A DNA stretch of 64,000 nt, taken from IMG/VR virus record IMGVR_UViG_2974730439_000001, positions 1-64,000 of that record, one strand, 5' to 3'. This document shows positions 15,001 to 25,128 of the stretch, piece after piece. The notes beneath the pieces are model-generated. The model worked only from the letters and a program-made list of their open reading frames with translations. It ran no database searches and was not told the DNA's origin. This DNA comes from a virus. Taxonomy: Duplodnaviria > Caudoviricetes. The stretch's first letter is position 1. The number at the start of each line of letters is the position of its first letter. The position numbers were made by a program, and so were the translations under genes.

Positions 15001-15298
15001 TACCATCTTTACCATCTTTACCGTCCTTACCTGCATCTCCTGTTCTACCTGCTGGTATGCCAAATGAGAATAAGAACTTATCTTTATCTAAAGATACAGA
15101 TGCAGTAGGTGTACTTGATTCATATACATCCTTAATTGCAGCTTTAAACTTAGAATTACCTATAACTATATCAGCTACAGATTCAAGCGGTAATTTGTAG
15201 TTATTATCTTTTTCTGCAGTAACAATGTATTCACTACCTGTAGCTTCAAGCTTCTCTTCTAAGTCCAATATCTTTACACCATCACACTTTTGTATCAT
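12053..15298 (-). CDS. Large tail fibre protein, 1081 aa, collagen-like GKD repeats, TAG-recoded
   Basis: Fragments 14576-15298, 13919-14485, 12962-13657 and 12647-12832 are in one frame; WS.P...G..G repeats. Confidence 0.85.
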
Positions 15299-15309
15299 AT
15301 CTATTTATT

Positions 15310-16008
15310 TTATAATTTACAATAACTATTACTGCAATTTCCTGTACTGCAAGTATTGTTAGAACAAGAGTAACAAATACCACTAAATAAAGTAGCAGAG
15401 TTACGCTCTTTCTCTAAGTGAAGACATTTATCGTTTTCTGTATTGAAACAATCACCTTTCTGAGTAAGAATAGCATTGTTACAGCAAGTACTAGCTGCAC
15501 ATTTTGGTTTAATAGATATCTCAAGTAATCTACAGATATCTACATATAATTGTAAAGCATCGCGATAGTAATCGGATGCTAAAGCATACTCAAGCAACTA
15601 TCTCTTAAAGACTACTAACATTATGTTCTGCATAGTCTGATCATCTAAACAAGTTGAGCAGTGAGTATGTAATTTCCTAATCTCTGCCATATATACAATT
15701 GAAGGATTGTAGTATATGCCATGAAAATGAATTTCTTCCTATTCCGTAAAACATCTTAATGTAACATACTTCATATTCCAATCTAACTCTAGAATATCGT
15801 CATTAGTTACAGTTACATTATTTTCGGAATCTATTGTAATATTCTCAGAAAAGCTAATGTTATGTATAGGACTGTCTTCAAGTATGTTCTTTAAATTCCA
15901 TACTTCATCTATATAAACTTCCTTACCATAGTTACTAAGATCTACTTCAGTCTCTATCTTAAAGGTCAGTTTATCACCATCTATTTGTATATTTGTTAAT
16001 TTGTCCAT
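15310..16008 (-). CDS. Tail hub-type structural protein with Cys-rich C-terminus, 232 aa, TAG-recoded
   Basis: Two fragments joined in frame through TAG. Confidence 0.7.
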
Positions 16009-16019
16009 ATATCAACAAT

Positions 16020-16058
16020 AAAAAAAGTGGAGAGTGGAATATTCCACAACTCCACTTC
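16020..16058 (-). terminator. Intrinsic terminator after auxiliary capsid gene
   Basis: AAGTGGAG...CTCCACTT stem followed by a U-run on the minus strand. Confidence 0.8.
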
Positions 16059-16108
16059 TGTAGTTTGTAAAAGGAATCTTATCCCAAATTCAATCTCTCT
16101 AACGTGGA

Positions 16109-17083
16109 TTAGGCAATTGTCTTACCAGCAATAAATGACTGAATACCTTTATCTACAATAGAATCAACTAAACTAGGACAATAAACTTCCGTAGTCAACG
16201 GAGTAGTCTTGATGTACTGATTATCATTGCTCAAGTACAGGTTATCGTTTTCAATGATAGCATAATCATATTCTGCATCTTCTACTACTTTACGAGCCTG
16301 TTCAACAATAGGATATGCGCCAGTAAATACGTGACCTTTATAACCCATGTTACGTACTTCTGCATCACGTACTTGCTTCCAATAACCCTTACCAGGATTA
16401 CCTGCAGTCTTTTCAATCTTAGCGCCAACAACAGCCTTAGGCTGATTAGCAAGTAATGCGCCAGGAATAGTTTCATACAGAGAAGCTTCCATAGATACAA
16501 CGCTGTATTCATTCAGAGAATAAACGCCTTCATTATCATCCTTCGGCATGGCAGTCAAAGTCAGAACTGCAGCAGAAGCAGAAGCCTGTACTCTACGATT
16601 CTTATGAGCATTGATCTTCTTCAAGAAAGCAGCAACCAAATCTTCAGCATCCGTAGTGTCAGCATATACTTCATAGGTGTGAGTAAACTGGAAGTTGTTT
16701 ACTTCAAAATCCTTATAAACAATACGCAAAACGTAACGATTGCCAGCAATAATAGTAGCGTTAGTTAAAGTGATTACAATCTTTTCTTCAACAGGAGCTA
16801 CATATTCGCCAATTACTGCAGACGGTTTAGAAGCTTTCTGAATTTCAGTAGAGAAATCAATATTAGCTTTCTGTGCTACTGTACCATTAGGCATAGTAAC
16901 ATTCATCTTTTCACCTGCTACACCTACATACAGAGAGTTAGCATTTACTGCATCAGCAGCAGTTTTAATAAGAGCCTTATTCTCATCGAACAAAGCAACA
17001 TCACCAACAGCTAATGCATCTACTGTAGTATAAGAAGCAGGAGCTTGTTTTCCGATTAATACGGAATGTACTGATTGTAACAT
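16109..17083 (-). CDS. Abundant structural protein, probable auxiliary capsid protein
   Basis: 324 aa, no TAG, highly-expressed codon style; size and position match crAss-like head gene order. Confidence 0.65.
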   Translation of the reverse strand: MLQSVHSVLIGKQAPASYTTVDALAVGDVALFDENKALIKTAADAVNANSLYVGVAGEKMNVTMPNGTVAQKANIDFSTEIQKASKPSAVIGEYVAPVEEKIVITLTNATIIAGNRYVLRIVYKDFEVNNFQFTHTYEVYADTTDAEDLVAAFLKKINAHKNRRVQASASAAVLTLTAMPKDDNEGVYSLNEYSVVSMEASLYETIPGALLANQPKAVVGAKIEKTAGNPGKGYWKQVRDAEVRNMGYKGHVFTGAYPIVEQARKVVEDAEYDYAIIENDNLYLSNDNQYIKTTPLTTEVYCPSLVDSIVDKGIQSFIAGKTIA

Positions 17084-17180
17084 ATTAAAATATTAAAATT
17101 AAATTAGACATTAGCGCTTAGTCTATTCGCTTACTTTCTACTTTCATTATTTCAGATTTCCACGTTGGTAAGCGCCTTAA

Positions 17181-17849
17181 TTATTCGTCCTAAGATTTCT
17201 TAGAACTTGTATTAGGTATAGTTTGTACTATCATTTGAACTGCTAGATCAACTATATCCTAATGTGTATTTTCTGGAAGATCTGTATATTCTTTAGTAAG
17301 ATCACTTACATTACCCAGATCTTTTGCTTTTCTTAAGTAGGTAAGTTCATAAGAACTTATATCATAATTACCATCAGTATATAATACAATTTTATTGTCA
17401 GTATATACTCTAATAGGCTTTGCTTGATTATAACGCAATCTGTGATCTGATAGACTATTACTTAGTCTAGAGCTTACTGTCTCTATTGTAGCCTCTATTA
17501 CATCAGATTCACGAGTAATTAAGTTATTGCATTTATTATCCTTTATACTTATGTATACATTTTCACCAAGTGCAAACATATAATCTTCAGGATAATCAGT
17601 TTCCCATTTGTTACCTAACTTACTAAAATTATAAGTAGTATAATCTTTAGTATTTACTAAAGTACGTATGTTATCAGTAATCTCTTGATTCCTCTAGAAT
17701 ACTCTAAAATTCTATTTAACATATTCGTCTTTAGCTTTATTTATAAAATGAAACAAAGTATCTGAAGGAAACTTGATAGTTTCATTATAATTAGGTATGA
17801 TATTGTTAAGCTACCTCTCTATATTTATTTGAAAATCTCTCTCACACAT
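17181..17849 (-). CDS. Tail ring/neck protein, 222 aa, TAG-recoded
   Basis: ATG 17849 to TAA 17181; FINKAK..., LTYLRK..., H.DIVDLAV motifs, paralogous to the next gene. Confidence 0.75.
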
Positions 17850-17851
17850 AA

Positions 17852-18562
17852 TTATTCAGATACTTGGTTTAACTAAAACTTAGAAGATTGTCTCTGAGAT
17901 TCTATATTCTCTAAAGCAATTACTACAGCTCTATTAATAATCTCATACATGACATCCTCAGGAAAATCTAATTCTTGTTCAGGTTTAGTATAATCAAACT
18001 TAGTTGGTTTCTTAACATAAGTGAGATCTACTCTATAGAACTCTGTATTATCTTCTACTCTTGGAGCATACATAGGATCCTGCATTAAAACAGGATCTAC
18101 GTATACTAAGAGTTTATCATTTTCTAAAGTAGCTACTGGATTCTCTACCCAAGGTATATTATTATAAGTCTGCTTAAAAGGCTTTACTAATTCATGGCTA
18201 GTAAGTACGCAGTTAGTCTAGAATTGTCCATACTTAAGTAATACACTAAGTATAGTCATTCTATTATCTTCATCATGAACATCTTCTAATGCATACTCAT
18301 TATAGTCTGTATGTACAGCATGAAGATTAACATCTGTAGCTATTAACTTCTCTATCTCAGATAAGTTAGATACAGAACCTTCTAAACCTACTCTTAAAGC
18401 ATTATTGCCAGTAATCTTATTACTTAAGATTTCTAACTATGCTTGATTAAGAAATAAGTCTACTTCTTCATCTAAGAACGCTGGGCATCCACCATAAGCA
18501 ATACCTTCTGCATTCTTATCCAGAACTACCTTGAAAATTATATGAGAATCTTTATTAGTCAT
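17852..18562 (-). CDS. Tail ring/neck protein, 236 aa, TAG-recoded
   Basis: EEVDLFLNQAQ, LTYVKKP, EIINRAV motifs; TAATG coupling. Confidence 0.75.
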
Positions 18563-19314
18563 TACTTAGATTTAATTTCATTGAGTATCGCTAATTTAAT
18601 ATCTTGATTCTTTTTATCTTGCAAATAAGCAATAACATCATCAATACCATTACCAATCAAATCTGTACCAAAGAAATATTGAGTACGATTCTTTCTAATA
18701 ATGTTTTTAGCAATAGCTTCTTCAATTACGAAGTTAATTTCTTTATTTGGGTTTTTTACCCATTTCAGCATAAACTTTTCAGGAGAAGTCTCAACTTGTT
18801 CTGTAAGTTTAGCTTCAACTAATTCATTTGACATTGTATCTGATTTCATACCATACAGACGTAAGCACTTACGCATATCTTCAATAGACATTTTATCGAG
18901 CTCACGATAAGCTTCACGTTTAACTTTGTTAACACGATTAGCCTGTTCAGCCTCTGCATCTTTATTAATCAGTACATAATCTTTAGAAGGATTCATATTA
19001 GACAAACCATCTGCTACTCTTTTATGACCTTTAAGAAATAAGTATTGCAATTCATCTAAAGGTTTCTCAGTATCAAGAATCAAATCTCTCTTACCGATTT
19101 TAACTGCAAAGGTAGTCCAAAAGTCACTATTAGGAGCTAATTCACCTTCTTCTTTATTTAAGGCTTTTTCCAATCTACGAGCATCTTCTGAGCTCAAGCC
19201 AGTATAGGTATTACCAGATCCAGTCCAGTACGGACCTACATAATCATATGTTGTAGGCCATTTAGTAAGCCCTGTCCAAGGATTTACTTTCATTATTCTA
19301 ACGATTACTTCCAT
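18562..19314 (-). CDS. Conserved crAss-like structural-module protein downstream of MCP
   Basis: 250-aa intact ORF, position in head module. Confidence 0.7.
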   Translation of the reverse strand: MEVIVRIMKVNPWTGLTKWPTTYDYVGPYWTGSGNTYTGLSSEDARRLEKALNKEEGELAPNSDFWTTFAVKIGKRDLILDTEKPLDELQYLFLKGHKRVADGLSNMNPSKDYVLINKDAEAEQANRVNKVKREAYRELDKMSIEDMRKCLRLYGMKSDTMSNELVEAKLTEQVETSPEKFMLKWVKNPNKEINFVIEEAIAKNIIRKNRTQYFFGTDLIGNGIDDVIAYLQDKKNQDIKLAILNEIKSK

Positions 19315-19339
19315 AATACTTTGTATTGGATTTATCCTG

Positions 19340-20329
19340 TTATTCTTTATATTTCCAAATATATTTTACATTGTTCCAAGCTCTGCCATTAGAGGGATCT
19401 ACTGGATTTTGGAGCTTCCTTTGAATGGATCGTCTATCAGATTTAGTAGACCTAGAAGCCTCTATTATTGAAGGGAATTCTGCTATTAGATTACCTTCTT
19501 TGTCATATTGACAAATTGCCTTAGCTGATTTCATTCCATTGTCTATAGCTGCTTGTTTCTGCTTATCTGATAATTGTCTGTTAACACGCTTTTCTATATT
19601 AGCGTTTTTACAAGCTTCAGATATAGTAGGTTTCCAAGTAGGATCTTTAGCATATAAAGTAGCAGGAACTGTACTAGGTATATCAGGATACTCAGATTTA
19701 TAAACCCAAATGTACGGATTTCTTTTTGACCCTACTATATTTTGATGCTTAAGAGCAGTAATAATAGTAGTAGGGCTCATGCTAAGTTCCTTAGCTGCTA
19801 TATTTACTCCATCAAATTCTTTTATGAAGTTTCCTTCTTTGGTATACTGAAGTATAGGTTTACGTCTGTTGTCTCCTATCTTTCCAGATTCCCAGTAAGC
19901 TACTCTACCTTCTGTTCTTACTTTACCAGCTCCTGATAGTTTCTCTCTAGTCTCTTCTGAGACTTCTCTACCAAGAGCTTTTTGACGAATCTTATCTCTA
20001 GTTTCCATAGTAACATATCTACCGACAGTACCATCTCCACCTTCAGTCATATTATAACCAAATTCGTCTTGAAGAGAGTTATATTCAGAAATGTAATATT
20101 TTTCTTTTTCTATAAGTTCTTCCCAACTATTACAGAAATCGAGCAATTCAATTGAGAAGTTCTCTTTACCATACTTACGTATGGCATTGTGTAATTTGAA
20201 AGGGCATCCGTGCTCGGCATTATAGAGATGTTCCTTCCACCGAGCACTTAAACCTTTACTTGTAATGCCAATGTAAACCTTGTTATTTACTTTATTAGTT
20301 ACCTTGTAAACATCATAAGATCTCATCAT
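19340..20329 (-). CDS. Free-standing GIY-YIG homing endonuclease with NUMOD3/NUMOD1-type DNA-binding repeats
   Basis: VYKVTN...VYIG, R..EH, E...I, GYNMTEGG; C-terminal ICQYDKEGNLIAEF.SI.EA repeats. Confidence 0.9.
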   Translation of the reverse strand: MMRSYDVYKVTNKVNNKVYIGITSKGLSARWKEHLYNAEHGCPFKLHNAIRKYGKENFSIELLDFCNSWEELIEKEKYYISEYNSLQDEFGYNMTEGGDGTVGRYVTMETRDKIRQKALGREVSEETREKLSGAGKVRTEGRVAYWESGKIGDNRRKPILQYTKEGNFIKEFDGVNIAAKELSMSPTTIITALKHQNIVGSKRNPYIWVYKSEYPDIPSTVPATLYAKDPTWKPTISEACKNANIEKRVNRQLSDKQKQAAIDNGMKSAKAICQYDKEGNLIAEFPSIIEASRSTKSDRRSIQRKLQNPVDPSNGRAWNNVKYIWKYKE

Positions 20330-20358
20330 AATTTCTAGATTTTAGTTATATTCTATAT

Positions 20359-20383
20359 AACGCTAATCTAACCGCAAGGTCTC
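20359..20383 (-). promoter_or_regulatory. Putative ECF-type late promoter GAGAC-N16-CGTTA
   Basis: Motif shared by six minus-strand intergenic sites. Confidence 0.55.
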
Positions 20384-20423
20384 TAATAAGTGTAATTATT
20401 TAACAAACTTTAACATTTAGCTC

Positions 20424-21887
20424 TTATTCTAATATCAATTCTCCACACGCACGAGGGTCCCTCAACATTATTCCCATTTCTCCAAGGAAGAATACAGTAT
20501 AACCGTCCTTACCATTAGATCTCAAGGTATCCTTAGACTTAGCATAACCAGACGGAGCAACAGCACCACCAGTATACCAAGTTACGAATTCACGATCCTT
20601 ACGAACTACCTTAACGATATTAGCTTCACCATCACGACGACCAAGATCCAAGAAAGTCATACGATATGATTCCTTCGGTTTCAAGGTTACAGGATGCAAC
20701 TCACGATTGTAAGTAGGATCGTCATACAACGGGAAATATTTCAAAGTCAACTCGATACCATTAGTCATCTTATAAGTCTTGAACTGACCACCAAAAGTCA
20801 AGTTATCACCAGAACCAGTTACAAATACTGTATCCATTAAGTTCATAGTAGCTACCTTTTCTTTTAAGATACGGTCAAATTCACGCATACCCATTTCACC
20901 AGTCAAGGCAACAAACTTACGTTCGTTAGTACCCAGACAGTTATAAGACAGGTCAAACAAGAAGTCTTCCAACATCTCACCAGTCAAGTGGGTGTAGTAA
21001 CGTCTATTAGACGGAGCAATCTGTTCCAACAGACCAGCACCAATAAATACTGGACGACCGTTAGTACCCTTCAGATTACAAGAACCATCTCTGTTAACAT
21101 TAGTCTTCATATAAACGAGCATACGTTCACATCTCTTGTACCATTCACGTAAAGCTTTCCATTCCTGATAATCAGCCCACAGATAAGAAGTCTTGCCAGT
21201 AGCAGGATCCTTCAAAGCAATTGCCATTACTGTAGAATAAGCTGAACCAGTAATATCATAGTTAACACGAATAGTGGTAAGATAGTTGCGCATCTTGAAG
21301 TGAGTGTTGTAGTTCAGGATATCACCCTCTTCACTGTATTCTTCGTATGCAGAAGCAAGACGAGATACTTGTTTTCCAGCTTCAAGATATTCAGAAGGAA
21401 TATAAGAAGTAGGCTGACCATCTGCTACAAAGCAGGTATATACCCACAGATTACCGTCTTGATAAGGAGCACCTGATACACGTACTTGGAACTCTCTGTT
21501 ATCAAATTCGAGAATAGCACCAGGACCAAACCAATTATCTTCTAACCACAACATAATAGGAGTGTTACCCAAACCTGCAGTAGAAGTAGCAGTAATAGCT
21601 GCGCCATTCCATTTAGCGTCTCTAATTGTTACGGCTCTGTCATTATCAACCATTACAGACCATTCAAAAGAAGGCTGATCAATTGTCATTACATTGCCAA
21701 GACCACCTGTCAACATATCCAAAGAAGTGCTATAACCACTATCTTTTGTACCAAATACGTAAGACAAGATAGTAGACACCTGATACGGATTCTGCTGAGA
21801 AGCTACTGAAATCTTAGCAGTATCAATCAAGTCGGAGAACCACTTTCCTTTGTATAATTGAAGGTTATTAAGAATATTGTTATCCAT
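20424..21887 (-). CDS. Major capsid protein (crAss-like, HK97 fold)
   Basis: 487 aa, strong codon bias, position after portal and acidic scaffold-like gene; GAGLLEQI, TGEMGMREF motifs. Confidence 0.9.
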   Translation of the reverse strand: MDNNILNNLQLYKGKWFSDLIDTAKISVASQQNPYQVSTILSYVFGTKDSGYSTSLDMLTGGLGNVMTIDQPSFEWSVMVDNDRAVTIRDAKWNGAAITATSTAGLGNTPIMLWLEDNWFGPGAILEFDNREFQVRVSGAPYQDGNLWVYTCFVADGQPTSYIPSEYLEAGKQVSRLASAYEEYSEEGDILNYNTHFKMRNYLTTIRVNYDITGSAYSTVMAIALKDPATGKTSYLWADYQEWKALREWYKRCERMLVYMKTNVNRDGSCNLKGTNGRPVFIGAGLLEQIAPSNRRYYTHLTGEMLEDFLFDLSYNCLGTNERKFVALTGEMGMREFDRILKEKVATMNLMDTVFVTGSGDNLTFGGQFKTYKMTNGIELTLKYFPLYDDPTYNRELHPVTLKPKESYRMTFLDLGRRDGEANIVKVVRKDREFVTWYTGGAVAPSGYAKSKDTLRSNGKDGYTVFFLGEMGIMLRDPRACGELILE

Positions 21888-21927
21888 AAAAATACTAGTA
21901 ATTTAATTTTTTAATTATTTAATTTTA

Positions 21928-23145
21928 TTATGCGACACGTAGTTGTCGTGCGAAAGCATCCCAGATAGATGAGTTGCTATCGTTATTTATCACTTGCCTT
22001 TTAGATTTCTTAGATACTCCACTATTTCTAGATAGTGTATTCTTGAAATTATCAATAGCATCTTTTTTACCTTTCTTCTTAGCTATATCAATTAAGGTAT
22101 CACCTTTCATTGTAAAGTAAGCAGAAGTGATTAAATTCTTAAGGCTTTTAGCATAATCTTTCTAGTATCTAGTAATGCCGTCTGCATCCGGTTTGAATAT
22201 GTATTCCAACAGGGCTTTCTTATCCTTCTCAGGAATATCAATTCCATAGATACTATCCATGCCTTTTATTTCTGTGACAACGTTATTAAAGAAGTCACGT
22301 TGTTGCTTTTCAGCCTCTCTGGCCTATTTTTCCTGGTTGGCTAATAGCTCTTCTTTACGTGCAACTTTAATGTCTCTAAGAGCCTCTAAAGCATCTGTAG
22401 CCTCATCCTCCAGTAAGCCAGCTTCTTCATATTTGTTAAGTTTCTTTTCAATTTGTTTTGAAGTAAAGCCTTTCTCTTTTAGAAATTCTTTAATAACTAG
22501 TTTTTGATTTACTTCATCATCTTCTATCTCGATATTGTCAATATCAAGATCAGCATCAATACTAAAATAATCTTTAAGCTTACCTCCATTATGAACAAAT
22601 TTATCAAGCTTTTCTACTTCCTCACTAGCATACTGAGGGGTAGAATTTTCTTCTATTACTTCCTTAAAGTAATCAATTAGATCTTCAGCAGTTCTAGGCT
22701 TTTCATCATCTTCTACGTCATCCCATCCTAATTGTGAAGCTAATGAATCAAAGAATCCTACGATTATTTCTTCATCGCTTGTATCATTTCCACCATCGGT
22801 ATTATCACTATTAGTTTCTTGTTCCCCACCCTCATCCTCATCTTCATTAGTTTCTGTATCTTCAGATTTGGATTTCTTTTGAGTTTTAGTAGTTTTTTTA
22901 GGTTTAGATGTAACATCTTCATCTTCCTCTTCATTATCTTCATCTTCGAGCTCATCATCTTCTACTTTAGTAGTTTTCTTAGGTTTAGGATTACGTAATG
23001 CCTCTAACTCTTCATCTGTTAGTTCTTCTGCTGCTGCATCAATTACGTCAGTATCATTATCTTCTGTTTTAGTCTTAGTACCTACATGAGGGTTTAAGGT
23101 GTCTAATATAGCCTCAAAACCATTCAATGTGTTCTTTGCTTCCAT
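21928..23145 (-). CDS. Acidic scaffolding-like protein, 405 aa, TAG-recoded
   Basis: 22324-23145 and 21928-22110 joined through two TAGs; directly upstream of MCP. Confidence 0.75.
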
Positions 23146-23170
23146 AATTATATATAATTAGATTTATTTT

Positions 23171-23446
23171 TTAATAGTTTTTAGTAGCTCCTAACTCGTA
23201 ACATCTTTTTATTAAAAATTCAATCACTTCATGAGCTTCTTCTTGTGTAAAATATTTTTTATCTTCAAACAATTTAATAGAGTTTATCTAGTCTTCCGAT
23301 AAAATATCTTCTATATTATAAGAATCCTATGATGGAGGCATTATAACATCTGGTAAATAATAATACGAATGTTCATCTATATACTTATCTAAAGTATTGA
23401 CTCCCGTTACATAAGTATGTAATTTATTATTAATTTCTGCTCTCAT
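23171..23446 (-). CDS. Small acidic protein, 91 aa, two TAGs
   Basis: ATGA overlap with the upstream gene; open apart from TAG. Confidence 0.6.
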
Positions 23447-24582
23447 TGTTTGTAAAAATATTTATTTGCTCCTATAGCTCCAACTCCAAGAAGAGGAACT
23501 GTATTAAACCATTTAGTATATGATTTTAAAGATTTAAATTGATTGCTAGCCTTCTTGACAGAATCCATACCTTTCGGTAATTTATCTAACGCTGTCTTTA
23601 TTAAAGAAGGAGTAACAACCTAATCTCTAGTATCTATCATCTTATTAGCATACATAAATTCTCTTAATTGATTCATATACGCTTTCTATTCTGTAGGACT
23701 AGAAAAATACTTACTAACAGAGTCAGAATATGGTTTAATAGCCGATCTCATCCACTTATACATGTTACTAGAACCTACTGCGTCCGGAGATTGATTTTTT
23801 AAAAAGTCACTAAAGTGATTAATTTCGTGTGTAGTACTGCCATAAGGAACTCCTCTATCTATATTGAACATATAATCATATTCCCCTATTTTAGGGAAAT
23901 CTCCTCCTTCTTTATGTCTAGTAGTAGCGGATCCTTGCGTTTGCATTTTACCTCTAGCTTCTCCTAAAGATAGGCTCCCTTTAGCTTTTGGTAATAATTC
24001 TGGTGATTCGTTATATGCATTGATTATATCTGCATATATAGAAGTATAATCATCTCCGTATTTATTCTTTACTTGTTGTGCTCTTCTCATATAAGAGGGA
24101 TCATCCATTAATCTCTCCGCTATATTATACGTCTCGTTATTCAAACGAGTAGCCATTTTTGCTTCTTTATTTTGTGCTCTAAGTATTCTATCTATCTAAT
24201 CTGTTCCAGTTCTACGTACTGTAGGTGTAGCTCTTTTTATCGCATTAGGAACGAATGGTATTACAGTAAGAGCAGCTAATCCAGCACCTAACCAATCTCT
24301 ATTCTTTACTGCATCATAAGCGTCTTTAGCCGATATAGCATCACCAATAGGAGTCATATTAGCAGCATCTTCAAGATTAAATACAGGTTTTAAACCTTCT
24401 TCTAAAGGTCTACCACTACTACTTCTACCTGTAGCTTGATAGAATCTTTCCTTCTCAGGATCACCTGTCTGACCACCATCTGCAAATGCTTCTACCTTCC
24501 AATCCCAATAGCCTTTACCGGGATTATTCTCCCGGTAAGACTTTAGGTTTTGCATTCTCTATTTAAATGCTTGTTTATCCAT
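23443..24582 (-). CDS. 379-aa protein with FADGG motif, hydrophobic pre-toxin-like segment and HEINH zincin motif; TAG-recoded
   Basis: Fragments 24196-24555 and 23686-24156 are in frame from ATG 24582 to TGA 23443. Confidence 0.7.
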
Positions 24583-24592
24583 AATCTTTCAA

Positions 24593-24646
24593 TTATTTCT
24601 TTCCGCCTTTTCCGCCTTTGGATTTCTTTCCGCCCTTGCAAGCCAT
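24593..24646 (-). CDS. 17-aa Lys/Gly micropeptide MACKGGKKSKGGKGGKK
   Basis: Fills the gap between two genes; preceded by AAGGAGG. Confidence 0.6.
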   Translation of the reverse strand: MACKGGKKSKGGKGGKK

Positions 24647-24661
24647 AATTAATTCCTCCTA

Positions 24662-25126
24662 TTATTTAATTGTTTTAAGATACTGTTTCCAATTCTTCTT
24701 ATTAGCCTTATAAGTCTTCTTTCTGTCTTTAATCTTGTACTTATCAAGATCCTCAGGCTTACGTGTTTTCAGATAATCAAAGTTATCGTCATTAGCATAA
24801 GCTTCCATCTCATAAGGAATAGTATAGTAAGCACTAGATGCAGGATAGATAATCGGATTACCTTTAATCCATGACCATGCATAAGACCAATAATAACTCA
24901 TCCATCTCTTTCTATCTTTAGCTTGATAGAGATGAATATTTTCGTGATTCCAAGTAGTAGGTTTAATCTGAGACTCAGGTTTTCTACTTAACAAGTAACC
25001 ACACCAGCTCATTGCAGAGTAACCACTAAACGGATAGTGATCCATATGCTTATACTCTACTTTATCTGCTTTTACTTTAGTGAATAGCTATTTAATTATC
25101 CACCATGTTTCTTTAAACCAATTCAT
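24662..25126 (-). CDS. Zincin-like (HENIH...YEMEAY) protein, 154 aa, one TAG
   Basis: HExxH motif; start extends through TAG to ATG 25126, just after the portal stop. Confidence 0.7.
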
Positions 25127-25128
25127 AA

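Noticed and set aside
14985-15035. 9-nt tandem repeat as a regulatory or array element
   Set aside because: It simply encodes collagen-like GKD repeats
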